DNA of 20,139 bases from a virus (lineage: Duplodnaviria > Heunggongvirae > Uroviricota > Caudoviricetes). Below are positions 14,670-20,139 of this stretch, piece by piece; the first letter of the stretch is position 1; each line of letters begins with the position of its first letter. The notes under the pieces are model-generated. The model was not told the DNA's origin. It saw only the letters and a program-made list of their open reading frames with translations, and did no database searches. The stretch is taken from positions 1-20,139 of IMG/VR virus record IMGVR_UViG_2728369187_000007; one strand, given 5' to 3'. A program made the position numbers and the translations under genes.

Positions 14670-14828
14670 CACTCTGCTTTTATTCCGATTAACTGTGGGT
14701 GGTTTGTTGGATAGAGTGCTTTCCTTTCTGTATATATCGTTTCGCCCGCTTTTGCGGTTTTTTCTTTTCAAATCCCTTTCATTTCTCAGTGTAAAACTAC
14801 GCCATCCGTTATTTGCGGAGGTGAGGCT

Positions 14829-15044
14829 ATGAAATCCATGGACAAAATTTCAACGGGCATTGCCTACGGCACCTCCGCAGGCAGTGCTGGCTACTGGTTT
14901 TTACAGTGGCTTGATCAGGTCAGTCCGTCACAGTGGGCTGCGATTGGTGTACTGGGGAGTCTGGTTCTGGGCTTCCTGACTTATCTGACAAATCTGTACT
15001 TCAAAATCAGAGAAGACAAGCGTAAGGCTGCACGGGGAGAGTAA
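14829..15044 (+). CDS. Class II pinholin (phage 21 S-like) with dual-start motif
   Basis: 71 aa, [24 protein letters not shown]..., two TM segments. Met1 and Met4 give the S21-type 71/68 antiholin/holin pair. Confidence 0.85.
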   Translation: MKSMDKISTGIAYGTSAGSAGYWFLQWLDQVSPSQWAAIGVLGSLVLGFLTYLTNLYFKIREDKRKAARGE

Positions 15045-15048
15045 TTCA

Positions 15049-15363
15049 ATGACTCAAAACTATGAACTGATTGTGAAAGGGATCCGCAATTTTGAGAATA
15101 AAGTTACGGTAACTTTAGCGTTACGGGACAAAAAACGCTTTGACGGTGAAATTTTTGGCTTGGACATCTCGCTGGACCGTGTTGAAGGTGCCGCGCTGGA
15201 GTTTTATGAGGCAGCAGCCAGAAGGAGCATCAGACAGGTCTTCCTGGATGTTGCTGCCGGGCTATGTGAAGGGGACGAGCTGTTGCCAGAAACGCGCCCC
15301 TGTTCAGAGGCGCGGTATACCATAAAAATTAACAGTTCTGATAACTCGATTACAGGTTGTTAG
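15049..15363 (+). CDS. Hypothetical protein between holin and endolysin (YdfR-like by position and length)
   Basis: 104-aa ORF starting 5 nt after the holin stop. In the K-12 Qin prophage a 103-aa gene (ydfR) sits in the same place, as I recall. No motif recognised. Confidence 0.6.
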   Translation: MTQNYELIVKGIRNFENKVTVTLALRDKKRFDGEIFGLDISLDRVEGAALEFYEAAARRSIRQVFLDVAAGLCEGDELLPETRPCSEARYTIKINSSDNSITGC

Positions 15364-15418
15364 CTTTTTGCAGTTGGCTTTCCAGTATCTTTCATTGGTA
15401 GCATCCTGATAAATATCC

Positions 15419-15952
15419 ATGAGCGCAAAAATCAAATACGGCCTGTCAGCTGCTGTTCTGGCGCTGATTGCTGCAGGCGCGTCTGCTCCTCAAATACTTG
15501 ACCAGTTTCTGGATGAAAAAGAGGGTAACCACACTACGGCATACCGCGATGGTTCCGGCATATGGACCATCTGCCGCGGTGCAACGATGGTGGATGGTAA
15601 GCCAGTCGTACCAGGAATGAAACTGTCGAAGGAAAAATGCGCTCAGGTTAATGCCATTGAGCGTGATAAGGCGCTGGCATGGGTGGAGCGCAATATAAAA
15701 GTTCCACTGACCGAGCCACAGAAAGCCGGTATCGCATCATTCTGTCCCTATAACATTGGCCCCGGTAAGTGTTTCCCGTCGACGTTTTATAAGCGGCTGA
15801 ATGCCGGTGATCGTAAGGGCGCATGCGAGGCGATTCGCTGGTGGATAAAAGATGGTGGGCGCGATTGCCGCATACGTTCAAATAACTGCTATGGACAGGT
15901 TATTCGTCGTGACCAGGAAAGCGCATTAGCCTGTTGGGGGATAGATCAGTGA
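15419..15952 (+). CDS. SAR endolysin (phage lysozyme with N-terminal signal-anchor-release domain)
   Basis: 177 aa. Weakly hydrophobic N-terminus ([17 protein letters not shown]) followed by the lysozyme catalytic triad spacing E-x8-D-x5-T ([18 protein letters not shown]). Confidence 0.85.
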   Translation: MSAKIKYGLSAAVLALIAAGASAPQILDQFLDEKEGNHTTAYRDGSGIWTICRGATMVDGKPVVPGMKLSKEKCAQVNAIERDKALAWVERNIKVPLTEPQKAGIASFCPYNIGPGKCFPSTFYKRLNAGDRKGACEAIRWWIKDGGRDCRIRSNNCYGQVIRRDQESALACWGIDQ

Positions 15953-16413
15953 GCAGAGTCGCCGCGATTATTTATGCTCTGGTTATTTGCATCATCGTCT
16001 GCCTGTTGTGGGCGGTCAATCATTACCGTGATAACGCCATCGCCTACAAAGAACAGCGTGATAAAAAAGTCAGTGAGCTGAAGCAGGCGATCGCCACCAT
16101 CGCTGACATGCAGCAGCGTCAGCGTGATGTTGCTGCGCTCGATGCAAAGTACTCGAGAGAATTAGCCAATGCGAAAGCTGAAAATGAAACTCTGCGCGCT
16201 GATGTTGCCGCTGGTCGTCGTCGGTTGCACATCAAAGCAGTCTGTCAGTCAGTGCGTGAAGCCACCACCGCCTCCGGCGTGGATAATGCAACCAGCCCCC
16301 GACTGGCAGACACCGCTGAACGGGATTATTTCACCCTCAGAGAGCGGCTGATGACGATGCAGATGCAACTGGAAGGGGCACAGGAGTATATCCGCACTCA
16401 GTGCATTAAGTAG
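15949..16413 (+). CDS. rz: Rz i-spanin
   Basis: GTG start overlapping the endolysin stop (GTGA). N-terminal TM helix then coiled coil; near-identical in pattern to lambda Rz (MSRVTAII...). The ORF-track TTG start at 15934 is rejected. Confidence 0.85.
   Translation: MSRVAAIIYALVICIIVCLLWAVNHYRDNAIAYKEQRDKKVSELKQAIATIADMQQRQRDVAALDAKYSRELANAKAENETLRADVAAGRRRLHIKAVCQSVREATTASGVDNATSPRLADTAERDYFTLRERLMTMQMQLEGAQEYIRTQCIK
16169..16351 (+). CDS. rz1: Rz1 o-spanin lipoprotein, embedded in the +1 frame of Rz
   Basis: 60 aa, lipobox LVVVGC, proline-rich (PPPPPAW); matches lambda Rz1. Lies entirely within Rz. Confidence 0.8.
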   Translation: MRKLKMKLCALMLPLVVVGCTSKQSVSQCVKPPPPPAWIMQPAPDWQTPLNGIISPSESG

Positions 16414-16455
16414 CCTTTTTATCGTGGTAAACATTTCGCAGGGTATGAGGTATTT

Positions 16456-16806
16456 ATGCCATCACGAATCCCACGCGCCTGCCGTAAGCGTGGATGTGCA
16501 GGTACAACCACAGACAGTTCTGGTTACTGCGATAAACATCGTGGCGAAGGATGGGTACAGCATCAACGCGGACTGAGCCGCCACCAGCGTGGCTATGGCT
16601 CGAAATGGGATGCCATACGTGCGCGCATACTGAAGCGTGATAATCATCTGTGTCAGAACTGCCTGCGCAATGGGAGAGCCGTTGAAGCCAGAACTGTGGA
16701 CCACATCATTCCGAAAGCTCATGGTGGCACGGATGCAGACAGTAACCTGCAGAGTCTGTGCTGGCCCTGTCATAAAGCAAAAACAGCGCGCGAACGCATC
16801 AATTGA
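16456..16806 (+). CDS. HNH endonuclease (terminase-associated)
   Basis: 116 aa with Cys pairs (CxxC...CxxC) and HNH catalytic region (VDHIIPKAHGGTDADSNLQSLCWPCH). GAGGT RBS. Immediately upstream of the terminase genes. Confidence 0.85.
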   Translation: MPSRIPRACRKRGCAGTTTDSSGYCDKHRGEGWVQHQRGLSRHQRGYGSKWDAIRARILKRDNHLCQNCLRNGRAVEARTVDHIIPKAHGGTDADSNLQSLCWPCHKAKTARERIN

Positions 16807-16953
16807 TAACAGTTCCCATCTGTAGGGGAGGGGCGGGTCAAATCTCTGCAACCCTGGCTGCTCAGTACCGCCGCCTGACCCTTCCTCACATCGCCGCAGG
16901 TTCGAAAACTTTTTTTGGAAATGTGAACAAACGATTGATAGGTAAGACCGATT

Positions 16954-17436
16954 ATGTCAGGACCTCCGAAAACCCCGCCACACCTGCATTTGATTCGAGG
17001 CAACCCCTCAAAGCGCCCCGTTAAAGACCACAAAAAAACCGCTAAAAAGGATGAAAAAGGTCTTCCTAAAATTCCGCAGCATTTAGGGGCTCAGGGGAAG
17101 TACTGGTTCAGGCGAATGGCGGAAGAGCTGAATGCGGAAGGGATCATTTCTCAGCTTGATGCGCGTGCGCTCGAGTTGCTGGTGGAAGCCTACACCGAAT
17201 ATCGGCATCACTGCGAAACACTCGATGTTGAGGGGTATACCTACCGCACGGAAACGCAGAGCGGTGATGTACTGATTAAGGCGCACCCCGCGGCGGCAAT
17301 GAAAGCGGATGCCTGGAAGCGGATCCGGGCAATGCTTGCAGAGTTTGGTATGTCACCGGCAAGCCGGGCTAAAGTAAATATCGCCGGACCGGATGATGTT
17401 GATCCGCTGGCGGAGCTTTTAAAAGCGAGAGACTGA
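16954..17436 (+). CDS. Terminase small subunit
   Basis: 160-aa protein directly upstream of the large terminase, with overlapping stop/start (ATGA). Basic N-terminus. Confidence 0.75.
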   Translation: MSGPPKTPPHLHLIRGNPSKRPVKDHKKTAKKDEKGLPKIPQHLGAQGKYWFRRMAEELNAEGIISQLDARALELLVEAYTEYRHHCETLDVEGYTYRTETQSGDVLIKAHPAAAMKADAWKRIRAMLAEFGMSPASRAKVNIAGPDDVDPLAELLKARD

Positions 17437-19193
17437 TGGCAAAAGTGGCTGACGGGATCCGCTACGCCGAACGTGTTGTTGCAGGAGAAATTGTTGCTGG
17501 CGAATTTGTCCGCCTGGCCTGCCAGCGTTTTCTTGATGATCTGAAGTACGGCGAAGAGCGGGGGATTTATTTCAGTGAACCCCGTGCGCAGCACATCCTG
17601 AATTTCTACAAATTTGTGCCTCATGTAAAAGGGGCGCTGGCAGGCCAGCCCATTGAGTTGATGGACTGGCATGTATTTATCCTCATTAATATTTTTGGTT
17701 TTGTCATTCCGCTGGTCAATGAAGAGACCGGGGAAGTTGTCATGCGCAGCGATGGCAGCGGACGTCCGGTGATGGTGCGCCGGTTCCGGACGGCGTACAA
17801 CGAAGTCGCCCGTAAAAACGCAAAATCAACTCTGTCATCGGGTATCGGCCTGTATATGACGGGGGCAGATGGTGAAGGCGGAGCTGAGGTGTATTCAGCC
17901 GCAACCACGCGTGACCAGGCCAGAATCGTGTTTGAAGACGCCAAAAATATGGTCAGAAAAGCCAGGTCGACACTCGGGCGGTTGTTTGATTTCAACAAGC
18001 TGGCGATTTACCAGGAGCAGAGCGCATCAAAATTTGAACCGCTTTCTTCGGATGCAAACAACCTGGATGGTCTGAACATCCACTGCGCCATTATTGATGA
18101 GCTGCATGCACATAAAACCCGTGACGTGTGGGACGTTCTGGAAACGGCAACCGGTGCCCGTCTGCAGTCCCTTTTATTTGGTATCACCACGGCAGGGTTT
18201 AACAAGGAAGGGATTTGTTACGAGCAGCGTGATTACGCCATCAAGGTATTGCGTGGCTATAACAGCGACGTGGAGGGCGCGGTAAAAGACGACTCCTACT
18301 TTGCGATTATTTACACCCTCGATGAGGGAGATGATCCGTTTGATGAAACGGTCTGGCAGAAAGCGAATCCCGGCCTGGGCATCTGTAAACGCTGGGATGA
18401 TCTGCGTCGCCTGGCGAAAAAAGCGAAAGAACAGGTCTCTGCGCGGGTGAATTTTTTTACCAAACACATGAATGTGTGGGTAACAGCAGAGTCTGCCTGG
18501 ATGGACATGATTAAGTGGGAGAAGTGCGAATACATTGCCCCACGACATGAGCTGAAAACGTATCCCATGTGGGTCGGCGTTGACCTTGCTCATAAGATTG
18601 ATATCTGTGCGGCGGCAAAACTCTGGCGAACGGATAACGGGCATGTTCATGCCGATTTTAAATTCTGGCTTCCGGAAGGACGACTGGAACGATGCTCGCG
18701 GCAGCAGGCAGAACTTTACCGGAAGTGGGCGGAGATGGATAAGCTGATTCTGACGGATGGTGATGTTATCGATCATGCTCAGATAAAAAGTGACTTACTG
18801 GAATGGATTGGTGGTGAAAACCTCAGGGAACTGGGATTTGACCCGTGGAGCGCGATGCAGTTCAGCCTGGCACTGGCTGAAGAAGGGATACCGCTAGTGG
18901 AGGTTCCGCAGACGGTTCGCAATCTGTCAGAGGCCATGAAGGAAACGGAATCACTGGTCTATGCCGGGCGTTTCCATCACAGCAATCATCCGGTCATGAA
19001 CTGGATGATGTCTAACGTTACGGTAAAACCGGACAAAAACGACAATATCTTCCCGAATAAATCCACGCTGGAAGCCAAAATCGACGGCCCTGTTGCGATG
19101 TTTACAGCAATGAGCCGGATGCTGGTCAATGGTGGTGAACCGGAGCTGGATCTGTCTGAACATCTGGTCAGCGTGGGCATCCGCTCGCTTTAA
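17436..19193 (+). CDS. Terminase large subunit
   Basis: 585-aa protein; ATPase region followed by nuclease region; the standard position after the small terminase. Confidence 0.85.
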   Translation: MAKVADGIRYAERVVAGEIVAGEFVRLACQRFLDDLKYGEERGIYFSEPRAQHILNFYKFVPHVKGALAGQPIELMDWHVFILINIFGFVIPLVNEETGEVVMRSDGSGRPVMVRRFRTAYNEVARKNAKSTLSSGIGLYMTGADGEGGAEVYSAATTRDQARIVFEDAKNMVRKARSTLGRLFDFNKLAIYQEQSASKFEPLSSDANNLDGLNIHCAIIDELHAHKTRDVWDVLETATGARLQSLLFGITTAGFNKEGICYEQRDYAIKVLRGYNSDVEGAVKDDSYFAIIYTLDEGDDPFDETVWQKANPGLGICKRWDDLRRLAKKAKEQVSARVNFFTKHMNVWVTAESAWMDMIKWEKCEYIAPRHELKTYPMWVGVDLAHKIDICAAAKLWRTDNGHVHADFKFWLPEGRLERCSRQQAELYRKWAEMDKLILTDGDVIDHAQIKSDLLEWIGGENLRELGFDPWSAMQFSLALAEEGIPLVEVPQTVRNLSEAMKETESLVYAGRFHHSNHPVMNWMMSNVTVKPDKNDNIFPNKSTLEAKIDGPVAMFTAMSRMLVNGGEPELDLSEHLVSVGIRSL

Positions 19194-19204
19194 CCGAGGT
19201 CATT

Positions 19205-19387
19205 ATGTTTCTGATAATTCTCGCGCCACTGGTGGGCGTGCTGGGTGCGCTTTTGCTGGCGTATGGTGCCTGGCTGATTTATCCCCCGGCGGGTTTTGTT
19301 GTTGCCGGGGTGCTGTGTCTGTTCTGGTCGTGGCTGGTGGCGCGATATCTCGACCGTACACAGCCGTCTGTCGGCGGAGGTAAATAG
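19205..19387 (+). CDS. Small hydrophobic protein (60 aa)
   Basis: GAGGT RBS 4 nt upstream of the ATG. Two predicted TM segments. Stop overlaps the portal GTG start (TAGTG). Confidence 0.45.
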   Translation: MFLIILAPLVGVLGALLLAYGAWLIYPPAGFVVAGVLCLFWSWLVARYLDRTQPSVGGGK

Positions 19388-20139
19388 TGTTCTTTTCGGG
19401 ATTATTTCAACGAAAAAGTGACGCGCCGGTGACCACGCCAGCAGAGCTGGCGGATGCCATCGGGTTGTCTTACGACACCTATACCGGAAAGCAGATCAGC
19501 AGTCAGCGGGCCATGCGACTGACGGCGGTTTTTTCCTGCGTCAGAGTGCTGGCAGAGTCGGTCGGGATGTTGCCCTGCAATCTGTATCACCTGAACGGCA
19601 GCCTGAAACAGAGGGCCACCGGCGAACGTCTGCATAAGCTGATCTCCACGCATCCCAATGGCTATATGACGCCGCAGGAGTTCTGGGAGCTGGTGGTCAC
19701 CTGTCTGTGCCTGCGGGGAAACTTTTACGCCTACAAAGTGAAAGCATTTGGCGAAGTGGCTGAACTGCTGCCCGTCGATCCCGGTTGTGTAGTACCGAAG
19801 CTTAACAGTCGCTGGGAACCGGTCTATCAGGTCACATTCCCGGACGGTTCCACGGATGTACTGAGCCAGGAAGATATCTGGCATGTGCGCACGCTGACGC
19901 TGGACGGTCTGGTGGGACTGAATCCCGTCGCCTATGCCCGCGAGGCAATATCGCTGGCAGCAGCGACCGAAGAGCACGGGGCCAGACTGTTCAGCAATGG
20001 TGCGGTGACGTCCGGTGTGTTGCGTACAGAACAGACGCTGTCGGATCAGGCTTATGAGCGCCTGAAGAAAGATTTTGAAGAGCGTCACACCGGGCTTGGC
20101 AATGCTCACCGCCCGATGATCCTTGAGATGGGGCTGGAC
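19387..20139 (+). CDS. Portal protein (HK97-type), 5' partial; continues beyond the window
   Basis: GTG start with GGAGGT 5 nt upstream. Open frame of 251 codons to the window end with no stop. Not in the ORF track because it has no stop in the window. Confidence 0.8.
   Translation, partial: MFFSGLFQRKSDAPVTTPAELADAIGLSYDTYTGKQISSQRAMRLTAVFSCVRVLAESVGMLPCNLYHLNGSLKQRATGERLHKLISTHPNGYMTPQEFWELVVTCLCLRGNFYAYKVKAFGEVAELLPVDPGCVVPKLNSRWEPVYQVTFPDGSTDVLSQEDIWHVRTLTLDGLVGLNPVAYAREAISLAAATEEHGARLFSNGAVTSGVLRTEQTLSDQAYERLKKDFEERHTGLGNAHRPMILEMGLD

Noticed and set aside
16462-17033. Minus-strand ORFs 16462..16851 and 16770..17033
   Set aside because: Antisense to the HNH endonuclease gene and the HNH-terminase intergenic region; no start-site support.
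18174-18776. 200-aa minus-strand ORF inside the large terminase gene
   Set aside because: Antisense to a well-supported 585-aa terminase ORF; no RBS; composition typical of a shadow frame.
19402-20109. 235-aa minus-strand ORF
   Set aside because: Lies antisense to the uninterrupted plus-strand portal frame (19387 to window end). Arg/Gln/Gly-rich composition typical of a shadow ORF in GC-rich coding DNA.

Overview
Read by eye from the sequence and the six-frame ORF track; no database search or computation was run, so family names rest on recognised motifs, recalled sequences and gene order. The window is a contiguous stretch of a lambdoid prophage (Qin / phage-21-like mosaic, E. coli-type backbone) running from the integrase to the start of the portal gene. 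Left to right: (1) a leftward early operon, all on the minus strand: integrase, excisionase-like protein, an 823-aa RecE-like exonuclease, YdfD-like lysis protein, DicB, DicF sRNA and two small ORFs; (2) a DicA/DicC-type immunity switch with four palindromic operator sites (TGTTAGA-N4-TCTAACA) flanking divergent promoters; (3) a replication module: YdaT/CII-like protein, an O-like initiator with an internal five-iteron origin, and a 140-aa unknown protein; (4) an AT-rich ~1.9 kb island encoding a single 495-aa P-loop NTPase, which is my best candidate for an undescribed accessory or anti-phage function; (5) a hokD-like toxin, a lipoprotein moron bracketed by terminators, a DUF968/YdfU-like protein, RusA and a Q-like antiterminator; (6) four tandem tRNA genes and two long inverted repeats between Q and the lysis genes; (7) a phage-21-type lysis cassette: dual-start pinholin, a YdfR-like ORF, SAR endolysin and Rz with embedded Rz1; (8) HNH endonuclease, small and large terminase, a small membrane ORF and the 5' part of an HK97-type portal gene, which runs off the window end. 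No CRISPR array, rRNA or IS element was seen.
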